Shown piece after piece: positions 50,701 through 61,700 of a DNA stretch of 64,000 nucleotides. The notes beneath the pieces were generated by a model. That model was not told the origin of the DNA. It worked only from the letters and a program-made list of their open reading frames with translations, and did not search any database. Source of the DNA: Amoebidium appalachense. Its lineage: Eukaryota; Protista; Ichthyosporea. The first letter of the stretch is position 1. The number at the start of each line of letters is the position of its first letter. The stretch is from assembly GCA_963693365.1 (NCBI GenBank), contig CAVNZM010000001.1, positions 1,876,907 through 1,940,906 on the forward strand. Reading direction: 5' to 3'. A program made the position numbers and the translations under genes.

Positions 50701-52202
50701 CGAGTGGGTGGTTGAATGGTGTAGTCCTTGAAGTAATACAGACCGTTGTGTAGACGGAGGTTGACGAGATGACGGCCGGTGAGTCGGTCGAAGAGGAATG
50801 ACGGAGTGGAGGCATCGTTCAAATCACCCTTGATGTATTCGGCAGCAGCTTGGGATGTTGAAATGAGGAAGGCTTGGCCAGACGGGGTGTAGTAGGCTTC
50901 AATGGTAAGGGTGGCAGTGCCATGGTCGGTGGTGGTGTTGATGACGATATGGCCGGTGTGAGTGGCCAAGACGGGGGTGCCATTGAAGGCAGCAACGGGA
51001 GTCGGTGTCGGAAGGGGAGTGAGGTCATGGAAGAACTCACGGGTGGGGCAGACAGTCATGTTGCACCCGGAATCCCAGGCAGGGTCGGAGGACACGGGGA
51101 CGGAGCTAGCATTGTATGCCGAGAAAGCAAAGGAGACAGATTTCTCACTGCCTTGACGGGAACGGTTGTGTCTGGACATACGGCATTTCGGCTCAGGGCA
51201 ATCGATGATCGTGTGATCAGGCTCGTGGCAGTAGGAGCATTCTTTCACGGACGGGGTGTTAGAACGAGCCGGGGAATCAGAACGACGGGAACCCGAGAAA
51301 CGGGAACGACTGGGGGAACGAGACGTGGACCGGAAGGCAGGCCGGTGGGGGGAACGGGATCGGGTGTGCTGACGGGAGAGACGAGTTCGGAGGTCCGTGC
51401 CAGGGGTACGGTCAAGGCGGTTGCGTAAGTCACGGCGAGGAAGATCACGGGGGGGAGCACTGGCATTTAATGCCATGCTGGACTTGGAGGCACGGTGGGC
51501 ACGGTTGCTCCGGAGTTGCATCTTGAGGTCTTGACGTAACTCGATGCCCTTGACGTGGTTGTGGAGGGACTCGAAGTCGGGGAATAGCTTATCACCGAAG
51601 TGATAGTCTTCGATAAGACGGTTGAACTCAGGGGTGAGGTCGTCTCTGGTGGTGAGTTCATTGAAGAACTTCTCAGCTAGACGAGTGAAGTGAATGGACT
51701 CATCTTGGAGGGACTGGAGCTGGTTCACGATGGTCTGCAGACGACTCAGGTAGGTGGTGAATGATTCACCGGGCTGAAGGGCACAGGCATCCCACTGACG
51801 GTGAAGGATGCGGATCTGATCGGGTTTGCCTTGGAGGTAGTGTTGACGGAATTTCCACATGGCCCGTTCAGGGTCCATGCCAATACGGTACTGGGCAACG
51901 GTGGTGAGGACGGAAGGGTCGATGTTCTGTATCATATGGAGCAGGAGGCAATTGCGGGCCTCCTTGAGTTCCGCGGTAGTGCCGTAGCCATAGAAGGGGG
52001 GTTCACCGTCAACCGCGACGGTGGTAGGGGGGACGTAGTTGTCAGCAAGTACAACATCCACGAGTCGGACACCTTTAGTGCCGGTCATCATGCCGAGAAA
52101 AATGATTTCCCATTGAAAATAGGTGGTTTTGCTATCGGGACCAGTCTTCCCTTCACCTTTCCACATGGTGATTTTGTTTACGCCAGTTTTGTTTGGATCC
52201 AT
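47796..52202 (-). CDS. Intact copia gag-pol polyprotein, 1468 aa
   Basis: Single ORF with zinc knuckle, WDSGC protease, HHRLGH/CHGC, integrase D..D..E (QLNGYVER), RT (QLDVSTAFLN, ALYGLKQA, YVDD) and RNase H (YTDADFA, STTEAE, YCDNQS, LADILTK). Confidence 0.97.
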   Translation of the reverse strand: MDPNKTGVNKITMWKGEGKTGPDSKTTYFQWEIIFLGMMTGTKGVRLVDVVLADNYVPPTTVAVDGEPPFYGYGTTAELKEARNCLLLHMIQNIDPSVLTTVAQYRIGMDPERAMWKFRQHYLQGKPDQIRILHRQWDACALQPGESFTTYLSRLQTIVNQLQSLQDESIHFTRLAEKFFNELTTRDDLTPEFNRLIEDYHFGDKLFPDFESLHNHVKGIELRQDLKMQLRSNRAHRASKSSMALNASAPPRDLPRRDLRNRLDRTPGTDLRTRLSRQHTRSRSPHRPAFRSTSRSPSRSRFSGSRRSDSPARSNTPSVKECSYCHEPDHTIIDCPEPKCRMSRHNRSRQGSEKSVSFAFSAYNASSVPVSSDPAWDSGCNMTVCPTREFFHDLTPLPTPTPVAAFNGTPVLATHTGHIVINTTTDHGTATLTIEAYYTPSGQAFLISTSQAAAEYIKGDLNDASTPSFLFDRLTGRHLVNLRLHNGLYYFKDYTIQPPTRPVALAATTSVNPSIWHHRLGHRAMTSIKDMVKHDLVIGLPSSVLDCDVPDCHGCIMGKTTKAPFKGDRPHSNIPGHEWHWDFFEPTTTSYGGSKVALVTVCRASGLVKIYPMADRTTTLDILTAHTNLVATHGPSKVGVYHFDSGSEFTSKATRAFCLSQGIKASYAPVDCPQLNGYVERRMRFLQEIVLCLLHQVQDQSLSPKLWAEALQHAAYIINVTPSTTANGRTPFEIFYGVKPDISELKVFGCPAYTHVPASKRNKLAPTVKLGMYIGYALQSHCHRIFNPTTHRVGLFRDVIFDESAYLPSDIPSTLPTPDTTATSTTPPPTVDTEDDVCLVYSGPPPAIVVPPTPPPTGPPAPVPVQPADPHPAPGNVTPIRPGSPDNFHSAPSSPEVAPPAIPNFQVPPPPSPPPPVPAPRRSARLQGKVGFQATTTLPVPPGPPINIDQLPKLVRQLCSGPNGDQVKSALTAEYQAFVDKDIFDLVDPPPGANIVGFKWIVSEKTLNSAGDTKIKARGVAQGFSQQYGVDYELIESPVIRPAALRAILALAVVEGHDIHQLDVSTAFLNSPLTETIYMKQPPGFITMATLGKVWRLKKALYGLKQASKAWYDFLDGILLAHGLTRTKTDPCIYLRFFPNNDVVRAGNYVDDSTITNTRGSTAASDLAAHISKMASCRMSPFDRMLGVDFNHSDPHHLHMHQRSYIMDIIHDFNLTDAKSKSTPIPAGTTVSLADCPPQPFTVPYRELLGRLLWVARCTRPDIAYAIGFLGRFSTNPGKTHWDLLRRVARYLLGTIDLGIDYKYSATQSPILECYTDADFAGCADSKKSTTGYIIEFAGMPIIWYSKLQPITATSTTEAELIALNAGTQEVAWVRDLFKELGCPMLAPTPVYCDNQSTIAIDNSTGIKHRTKHIAVRYHNTKDYIASGDVVVHYVESAHNLADILTKPLPGPSHVHHRARLCLPDIVD

Positions 52203-52538
52203 GATTGAAAAACGAGCGCTAGTTCTAGATGTGTGTAGGGAGCGTGCAAAAGGGCTGCATAACCTGTTAAATTATATAAGTATTTGGGATGAAAGCAGAG
52301 ACACAGTGGTGCAGTGTAAAAACACCACAGACACACACAACAACAAAACACGGAACGATCGGAGCAGTGTACACAACAGACATCAATGTTTAGACACGAC
52401 TGAACTGAATTTATTCTGATCTTCGAATAAATACCTGAAATTCCTCTAAGTCCAATCCATACATGATTTCCGACCAGTCGGAAATCAGATCTATCTCTAA
52501 TAGAAACCAATCACTAAGAACCAATTGCTTTCAGAGAG

Positions 52539-53494
52539 CTTTAATTTTTTTTTCGTTTCTGTTCTCAAGTGGGGAGATTTCACTAGTTCAGTGGGGATAT
52601 GATAACACAAACTTCAATGTCTTAAGTGGGGATGTTGTGATACGTAGTATTTACATATGGTAAGATCTTCTCAGTTTGTGTTATGTTTCAGTTCATATGC
52701 TTAGTGTAAATGCCACACTCCTATTATGTAAAGTGTAGCATCGATCTCCGATATGCTTGTATACTTGTAATCGTGTTGTATCGGCTTTAATCGTGTATTG
52801 TGATATCGATTCGAATATTTATTTGTGTGTACACGGATCCACCCACTCAGGGAGAGACGTGTACATGTTCGTGTGTACATAAATATCTCTGGTTATAGTT
52901 AATTATATAAGTGTTTGGGACGGAAGCAGAGACACAGTGGTGCAGTGTGAAAACACCACAGACACACAACAACAAAACACGGAACGATCGGAGCAGTGTA
53001 CACAACAGACATCAATGTTTAGACACGACTGAACTCAATTTATTTTGATCTTCGAATAAGTACCTGAAATTCCTCTAAGTCTAATCCATACATGATTTCC
53101 GACCATTCGGGAATCAGATCAATCTCTAATAGAAACCAATCACTAAGAACCAATTTCTTTCAGAGAGATCTGGTACGCGGAGACGTACACGATAGGACAC
53201 AGACACTAGTTAAGATCAACTCGTGTCATCATCAAGGAAGTTCTAACCTATGATATATACACTGCAAAGACTCAGACATATCACACTTATCCTTGATGAT
53301 TGGTTAAAGCCCGGCAACACATGAAAACTAAAGTAAATTAATGAAGTCTAATGACACATGTCTATCTAAGTGTAGCCTAAGTGTGTTACCGTCCAATCAA
53401 TACATATTAAGTAACACAAATCTACCTAACATATATTAGTAGAAAAGAAATACGATTATACACATGAAGACAAGGAGAGAAAGAAAAGAAAATA
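52539..53494. mobile_element. Rearranged family 1 pieces: + strand 3' UTR/PPT/LTR-B start (52539-52901) fused to - strand LTR-B (52899-53494)
   Basis: AAGTGGGGA|TGTTGTGATACG at 52633; orientation switches at GTTAATTATA. Confidence 0.85.
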
Positions 53495-55941
53495 CTTCTT
53501 TCTTTCATGAACAAAGAGCACTTCTTTCCTTTCAGCTTAACCCTGCATGATCGGAGCCGGGAAAAACATGAATAAAAATGCCCTAAGTGTTCTTCGTTGG
53601 GTGACATAAAGAAATATATCAGCCCGTTAGAACCAGTGAAAACCCGGTTCATAATTCATAAGAAGAGGGTAGGCAAAGCAAGCCTTTTTCAGAAAACACC
53701 TGCTTCCATTCGTGAGCAGTTTTCGTATCACAAGAGCCAGCGATTTTCGTTGAGCAGGGGGATTCCAGGCATAATACATTCTTCTGGAGGCTTGGCCTCA
53801 AAAGAAAAGTCGTCACGGTCGCCCTTTCTTTTGCAAGCAACTTCGTGAGCGCGCTTCGTATCTTCATATCCTCCAGTGCAGGTCTGGATGGTGCCCCATC
53901 CTCTGCTTCTTTTGTAGGTGGCCCTACTGTTGGTTCTGTTCGTTGTGTGGAAAACCAAAACCATTCGTGTTCGTGGAACTGCTTTGTGCTGTGCTTTCTT
54001 TCGTGTTGGTGTTCATGAAGTTACCCCATTCACACACCTACTACTTTCATACATCAGACGTAAGTAGCTGCCTGGAGAGTGTGTGGTTCGTGTTCGTGGC
54101 ATTCTTCTGTTCCTTCGTGAGAAGAATATTCGTTTTAGCAGAGGTGCCCAATAAGGCAGCTTGCAGGGTTGTCTCCCGCCTGTGCCCATTGGTGGGGTAT
54201 GCACATGCTAAATTGTTACAGTGTCATCATATTGCAAGGGAATAACATGGTCACCTCCGTACCAGGGCCTAGGTACACATGATGGTCCGATGTGTTAGTC
54301 AACAACACCTTGCATTCGTATTCGTATTCGTCTTCCACGTCACTTTCTTCAGTAGTGAAGGAGGGTTTCGTAATTCGAAACTGAAAGGCTTCCAGCCAAA
54401 ATACTGACACTGTATGCTGGGGTTGTGAGGGAACGGTGCCCATACCACATTCTTTTGTTCTGGTGGGGGTGTTGTGGCAGCTAGTGCAAGGGTGTAATTC
54501 GTATGTTACAGTATTGCCACAGACGGGCAATCACCTTAAAATTCGTACCCAACACCTTCTTTGTTTTTCACATGCACGAACAAAAGTTCTGCATCGACTT
54601 TATTACATGCCTTTTGTGCACCAAGAGTGCATATTCGTTGGGGCATGGCACCAGGAAGGGCCATACCGTAGTGAGGCATATGTTCGTAATGTGTTTAGAC
54701 ATGGCAGCATACATTCGTGCGCATGTTGGGCATCCTGTGCGCTAAACTATGGGGCATGCTGTATTCGACAACAGCAAGAAATTCGATGCATGCATGCAAA
54801 ACTACTTTCACAGCACCTTATGTCCTACATGCTATAGGAACAGCGACTATCTTCTTCTTTAAATGCATTCGTGCTGAAAGCGGCCGTGCATCTGGGTTGC
54901 GAGTGTGGACGTGCGCGCGGTGGCATGGACACGATGACTGTGTGCAATAGCGTAATGCACGCAAGGGCAACAGTTTTCTTTTCTTCGTAACATAGAGGGG
55001 GCCGTGTGCATTGCAACCTAAGCAGTGTTGTGCATTCGTTCTTTTCATTTTCGTGTTTCCATTTCATTTTGCTTTCGTTTTTCGTTTTTCGTCGTTTCAT
55101 AACTTCGTTACTTCGTCTTATCTCCGTGTTGCGTTTATTTCGTATTTCCTCTATGCATTCGTTTGTCGTTAATTCGTTATTGCGTTGTGTATTCGTGATG
55201 GTTCGTTTTTCGTTGGTTCATTGCTTCGTTTGTTCGTGTATTCGTTGTTTCGTTGTGTATTTGTTTTTCTTCGCGTTTTTTATGTGTCGTAGTATAAGGA
55301 GATTTTCATGCTTTCAATTCTTTCCGTGTTCTTAGAGGTGGGCTGGCCACTTCAAACTTGTCGGTGTGTATGTATTCTAAGCCGGACAAGGAAAGATGTG
55401 CCTATCATCGTGGTAAAAAGGATTGTGATCGGCCATGGCAGATTCTTGGGGCAATTGAAAGATGTGAGATTCTTGAACTGATTTGATTGAAAGATGTGAG
55501 ATTCGAAGGATGCGAGATTCTTGAACTGCGCGGTCGCCAATGTAAACAGTTGGACTAGTTAGGATAAGGCAGAGTACAACTGAATCAAAATAAAGACAGA
55601 GAACGGGTAGAAAGGCACACGCGGCCAGGTTGCTTTTACTATGGGCCGACTCAGTCTGTCTCAGACTTCACTGATGTGATCCCCGTACTGGGACGGCTTT
55701 CTTATATAGCCCCCAGGTTTCGGATCAAGGCCCAGGTCTGGATTGGTTCATCCGCGGCCAGCGCGGGTGGCAACATGCCACTCGTGATTCTGGTAGTCAG
55801 ACCTTCGTCCTATTTATGCAAACATCTTATTGGTTCACTTCGTTTATGTGGTATGCAGCGGTAGAACCATATACGGTTCACTTCTTAGGTAAGAGTGATT
55901 CCTATTGGCGCGGACATAATATTTATGTGACGTTCATGACA
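53495..55941 (-). mobile_element. Degenerate Ty3/gypsy-like element: candidate 5' LTR 55541-55941, tRNA-Arg-type PBS, decayed pol
   Basis: On the - strand TGTCATG...TTTACA is followed by T-TGGCGACCGCGCAG. RT-like remnant MNRVF...EEHLGH...RLRSCRVKLKGKKCSLF at 53495-53652. LTR and pol may not belong to the same element. Confidence 0.6.
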
Positions 55942-55989
55942 AAGCACGAATCGTGTGCTATCAGTTCACATTCTTTAGTAAACATGTAC

Positions 55990-56081
55990 TGTTGGAATAC
56001 GTCACCATGTATGACAGCAAGAGCCTTGAAGTATGTATGTGTCTTAGCTTGTTTGTATTCGTGTCTGCTTTCCCTCTTTGT

Positions 56082-56175
<94 letters not shown>

Positions 56176-57137
56176 TATCTCTCTCTCCCTTGTTTCTGTG
56201 GGCACAGATATCTGTAGATCTGTGCACACCTGGCTCACTTGCCTGATAAGAACTTATTGTGTTTTTATTTCTGTTTGCTCTCCTCTGTTTATCTGAGAGG
56301 TAGCGTGATTGGCTAGCCTCTCTCGTTGTCTTTCCTTTATTTCAAAATGGCCTAGTTTTGTTCTCAAGAGGATGGCTCGCCAATAGTCGCGAGCGAGTAC
56401 ATCCGTAGATCGTGTTGTGCATTCCTGTCTGTTAATATATGTGTGTTGTGATTGGACAATAGATATATATGGAATTCGGTTTATTGCAAAGTGTCTTCAC
56501 TTTGAGAGTGTCGACTATTAGGAAATATATGTATTTAAATAAGTTTCTTTATAGAGACGAACATAAATATATATGTGAGTTAATAGTGACTAGATGTATA
56601 ATTACTTAATTTATTTAAGTAAGAGTTTCTACACTTTAGTTTAATCGGAAGTTGGAATGCGTATGCTCTTTCGGAATGTGTTTTTCTATCTTCTGATAGA
56701 ACCGATTGGTTCTCCCTCTTTAGTTGTGATAAGGTGATAAGTCGCAAGTACAAAAGGAACCGAGAGCACAATAAAGAATCAGTTGTTGTTTGAAATCTTT
56801 CAATGTCTCGTGAACAACTCCGATTGCCCTCTCATTAATGTGTTAGTCGTGTTTTACATGACACCTCTGTGCACTCTGCTCCCTTAGACCCGTACAAAAA
56901 CAACAGGTTAAAGGCCCATTTTCGCACGCTCTCGCAACACATACTCTCGCTGCAATCAAAAATATTCAAATTTGAATACCGATCTGATTCCTCTCTCACG
57001 CATCATCTGATTGATTGATCACCATGTCGGAGAAACCTGCGTATCTCAACCTCACCCCCTGGAAAGGGGATGACATCACGGACAAGAAGTCCGGCAAACG
57101 TCTCACCTATTATGAGTGGGAACCCGTCATCTTCCGG
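55990..57137 (+). mobile_element. 5' end of copia family 2: LTR-C 55990-56905, PBS 56906-56918, gag start 57024
   Basis: TGTTGGAATAC...AACAACA|GGTTAAAGGCCCA; MSEKPAYLNLTPWKG...TYYEWEPVIF resembles family 1 gag WKG...TYFQWEIIF. Confidence 0.85.
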
Positions 57138-58782
57138 TGTCTGTGTACACGGAACCAATTGTAAAGCTAACATACACATATTGTGGAGTGAGCGTAAGTC
57201 TGCACTCCAACACCCCTACCCAATTGGAGAAGTGTACACACCACTAGAGAAGAGAGAGTGAGTGTGGCTGCTTGCAGGATAGACCGGGGTGTGCATTCCA
57301 CTGTGGTGCGTGCCCCGCCAATGAAGTGGAATACTTGACGTTGATGTCGCAGGCTGCTGCGGATGGAGTTTGTGGAAGCGAAAGTCTCTACTTCACGGAA
57401 ATACGCTCGCGGGTGTAGGGTACAGCCTAGAAGTCGGTTTCTGGCTCCTCCGTTCAAGGCGTCGTAGGGGACGTGAAGTTAGAGGCCGCGGTGTCGTGTC
57501 TGGGCCCATAACCCTGTTGGAAGTAGAGTCCGCTGTGACTAGGGTCGTCGTGGCGCGCTTGGGCGCTGACCCGTTTCTTTACTGCTTTCAGTGTGTCAAC
57601 TCCATGACTGAACTCCATGACTGAACTCCATGACTTTACTCCATGACTGAACTCCATGTCTGAACTCCATGTCTGCACCTGGCAGAGACGTGGGCTATAT
57701 ACCCGTGGGGCAGCAGTCTGGAATGTAATCCGGATGCCAGGCGCTAATCGGATTGGTTACTTTCATTTAGAGATCTCTGGGACCAGTGAACCAATCGTTT
57801 GCAGTCAAAACACAATTGGCAACATTCCTCAACTACGCAGATGTGCATGTGGTGATCGAGTGTCAGCGTGTGTCTGTGTACACGGAACCAATTGTAAAGC
57901 TAACATACACATATTGTGGAGTGAGCGTAAGTCTGCACTCCAACACCCCTACCCAATTGGAGAAGTGTACACACCACTGTAGAGAAGAGAGAGGGAGTGT
58001 GGCTGCTTGCAGGGTAGACCGGGGTGTGCATTCCACTGTGGTGCATGCCCCGCCAATGAAGTGGAATACTTGACGTTGATGTCGCAGGCTGCTGCGGATG
58101 GAGTTTGTGGAAGCGAAAGTCTCTACTTCACGGAAATACGCTCGCGGGTGTAGGGTACAGCCTAGAAGTCGGTTTCTGGCTCCTCCGTTCAAGGCGTCGT
58201 AGGGGACGTGAAGTTAGAGGCCGCGGTGTCGTGTCTGGGCCCATAACCCTGTTGGAAGTAGAGTCCGCTGTGACTAGGGTCGTCGTGGCGCGCTTGGGCG
58301 CTGACCCGTTTCTTTACTGCTTTCAGTGTGTCAACTCCATGACTGAACTCCATGACTGAACTCCATGACTTTACTCCATGACTGAACTCCATGTCTGAAC
58401 TCCATGTCTGCACCTGGCAGAGACGTGGGCTATATACCCGTGGGGCAGCAGTCTGGAATGTAATCCGGATGCCAGGCGCTAATCGGATTGGTTACTTTCA
58501 TTTAGAGATCTCTGGGACCAGTGAACCAATCGTTTGCAGTCAAAACACAATTGGCAACATTCCTCAACTACGCAGATGTGCATGTGGTGATCGAGTGTCA
58601 GCGTGTGTCTGTGTACACGGAACCAATTGTAAAGCTACCATACACATATTGTGGAGTGAGCGTAAGTCTGCACTCCAACACCCCTACCCAATTGGAGAAG
58701 TGTACACACCACTGTAGAGAAGAGAGAGGGAGTGTGGCTGCTTGCAGGGTAGACCGGGGTGTGCATTCCACTGTGGTGCGTG
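57137..58782 (-). mobile_element. Second tandem-array TRIM-like element, 735-bp unit (310-bp LTR + 425-bp internal)
   Basis: LTRs 57515-57824 and 58250-58559 with TGTTG...CAACA ends; PBS GGGTTATGGGCCCAG(-); short purine tract AGTTGAGGAA(-); six 13-bp AACTCCATGACTG-type repeats in each LTR. Confidence 0.82.
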
Positions 58783-61700
58783 TGTTGTAATACGTAGTAT
58801 TTACATATGGTAAGATCTTCTCAGTTTGTGTTATGTTTCAGTTCATATGCTTAGTGTAAATGCCACACTCCTATTATGTAAAGTGTAGCATCGATCTCCG
58901 ATATGCTTGTATACTTGTAATCGTGTTGTATCGGCTTTAATCGTGTATTGTAATATCGATTAGAATATTTATATGTGTGTACACGGATCCACCCACTCAG
59001 GGAGAGACGTGTACATGTTCGTGTGTACATAAATATCTCTGGTTATAGTTATGCTATTACTATCTTGTTTGTTGATCTGTGCTCTCTTTTCCTTCCTCTT
59101 TCTCCTTCCTTATTTTCTTTTCTTTCTCTCCTTGTCTTCATGTGTATAATCGTATTTCTTTTCTACTAATATATGTTAGGTAGATTTGTGTTACTTAATA
59201 CGTGTTCATTGGACGGTAACACACTTAGGCTACACTTAGAATAGCATGTGTGTTTAGACTTCATTAATTCACTTTAGTTTTCATGTGTTGCCGGGCTTTA
59301 ACCAATCATCAAGGTTAAGTGTGATATGTCTGAGTCTTTGCAGTATGTCATAGGTTAGAACTTCCTTGATGATGACACGAGTTGATCCTAACTAGTGTCT
59401 GTGTCCTATCGTGTACGCCTCCGCGTACCGGATCTCTCTGAAAGCAATTGGTTCTTAGTGATTGGTTTCTATTAGAGATGGATCTGATTTCCGACTGGTC
59501 GGAAATCATGTATGGATTGGACTTAGAGGAATTTCAGGTATTTATTCGAAGATCAGAATAAATTCAGTTTAGTCGTGTCTAAACATTGATGTCTGTTGTG
59601 TACACTGCTCCGATCGTTCCGTGTTTTGTTGTTGTGTGTGTCTGTGGTGTTTTCACACTGCACCACTGTGTCTCTGCTTACATCCCAAATACTTATAGAA
59701 ATTAACAGGTTATGCAGCCCTTTTGTACGCTCCCTACACACATCTAGAACTCGCGCTCGTTTTTCAATCATGGATCCAAACAAAACTGGCGTAAACAAAA
59801 TCACCATGTGGAAAGGTGAAGGGAAGACTGGTCCCGATAGCAAAACTACCTATTTTCAATGGGAAATCATTTTTCTCGGCATGATGACCGGCACTAAAGG
59901 TGTCCGACTCGTGGATGTTGTCCTTGCTGACAACTACGTCCCCCCTACCACCGTCGCCGTTGACGGTGAACCCCCCTTCTATGGCTACGGCACTACCGCG
60001 GAACTCAAAGAGGCCCGCAATTGCCTCCTGCTCCATATGATACAGAACATCGACCCTTCCGTCCTCACCACCGTTGCCCAGTACCGTATTGGCATGGACC
60101 CTGAACGGGCCATGTGGAAATTCCGTCAACACTATCTCCAAGGCAAACCCGATCAGATCCGCATCCTTCACCGTCAGTGGGATGCCTGTGCCCTTCAGCC
60201 CGGTGAATCATTCACCACCTACCTGAGCCGTCTGCAGACCATCGTGAACCAGCTCCAGTCTCTCCAAGATGAGTCCATTCACTTCACTCGTCTAGCTGAG
60301 AAGTTCTTCAATGAACTCACCACCAGAGACGACCTCACCCCTGAGTTCAATCGTCTTATCGAAGACTATCACTTCGGTGATAAGCTATTCCCCGACTTCG
60401 AGTCCCTCCATAACCACGTCAAGGGCATCGAGTTACGTCAAGACCTCAAGATGCAACTCCGGAACAACCGTGCCCACCGTGCCTCCAAGTCCAGCATGGC
60501 ATTAAATGCCAGTGCTCCCCCCCGTGATCTTCCTCGCCGTGACTTACGCACCCGACTTGACCGTACCTCTGGCACGGACCTCCGAACTCGTCTCTCCCGT
60601 CAGCACACCCGATCCCGTTCCCCCCACCGGCCTGCCTTCCGGTCCACGTCTCGTTCCCCCAGTCGTTCCCGTTTCTCGGGTTCCCGTCGTTCTGATTCCC
60701 CGGCTCGTTCTAACACCCCGTCCGTGAAAGAATGCTCCTACTGCCACGAGCCTGATCACACGATCATCGATTGCCCTGAGCCGAAATGCCGTATGTCCAG
60801 ACACAACCGTTCCCGTCAAGGCAGTGAGAAATCTGTCTCCTTTGCTTTCTCGGCATACAATGCTAGCTCCGTCCCCGTGTCCTCCGACCCTGCCTGGGAT
60901 TCCGGGTGCAACATGACTGTTTGCCCCACCCGTGAGTTCTTCCATGACCTCACTCCCCTTCCGACACCGACTCCCGTTGCTGCCTTCAATGGCACCCCCG
61001 TCTTGGCCACTCACACCGGCCATATCGTCATCAACACCACCACCGACCATGGCACTACCACCCTAACCATTGAAGCCTACTACACCCCGTCTGGCCAAGC
61101 CTTCCTCATTTCAACATCCCAAGCTGCTGCCGAATACATCAAGGGTGATTTGAACGATGCCTCCACTCCGTCATTCCTCTTCGACCGACTCACCGGCCGT
61201 CATCTCGTCAACCTCCGTCTACACAACGGTCTGTATTACTTCAAGGACTACACCATTCAACCACCCACTCGTCCTGTGGCTCTGGCTGCCACTACCAGTG
61301 TTAACCCATCCATCTGGCACCATCGTCTGGGGCACCGAGCTATGACCAGCATCAAGGACATGGTGAAACACGACCTTGTTATTGGTCTCCCCTCCTCTGT
61401 CCTCGACTGTGATGTTCCTGATTGTCATGGCTGCATTATGGGTAAGACCACCAAGGCTCCGTTCAGGGGTGACCGTCCTCACTCCAACATCCCCGGTCAT
61501 GAATGGCATTGGGATTTTTTTGAGCCTACCACAACATCGTACGGAGGTTCCAAGGTTGCTCTCGTCACTGTCTGCCGTGCCTCTGGCCTCGTCAAGATCT
61601 ACCCGATGGCCGACCGTACCACCACCCTGGATATTCTCACAGCTCACACCAACCTCGTTGCCACCCATGCCCCCTCCAAAGTTGGTGTTTACCACTTCGA

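Larger units (their letters stand above)
44919..52538 (-). mobile_element. Ty1/copia family 1 copy 2 (LTR type B); 3' LTR interrupted by a LINE, 5' LTR truncated
   Basis: 3' LTR 44919-47385, PPT 47386-47394(-), PBS 52252-52264(-), 5' LTR remnant 52265-52538. Confidence 0.95.

Noticed and set aside
57850-57858. TGGTGATC as a PBS for the TRIM-encoded tRNA (3' end ...GATCA-CCA)
   Set aside because: Only 8 nt, on the wrong strand for TRIM2, not adjacent to an LTR end, and the same word occurs in copia pol.
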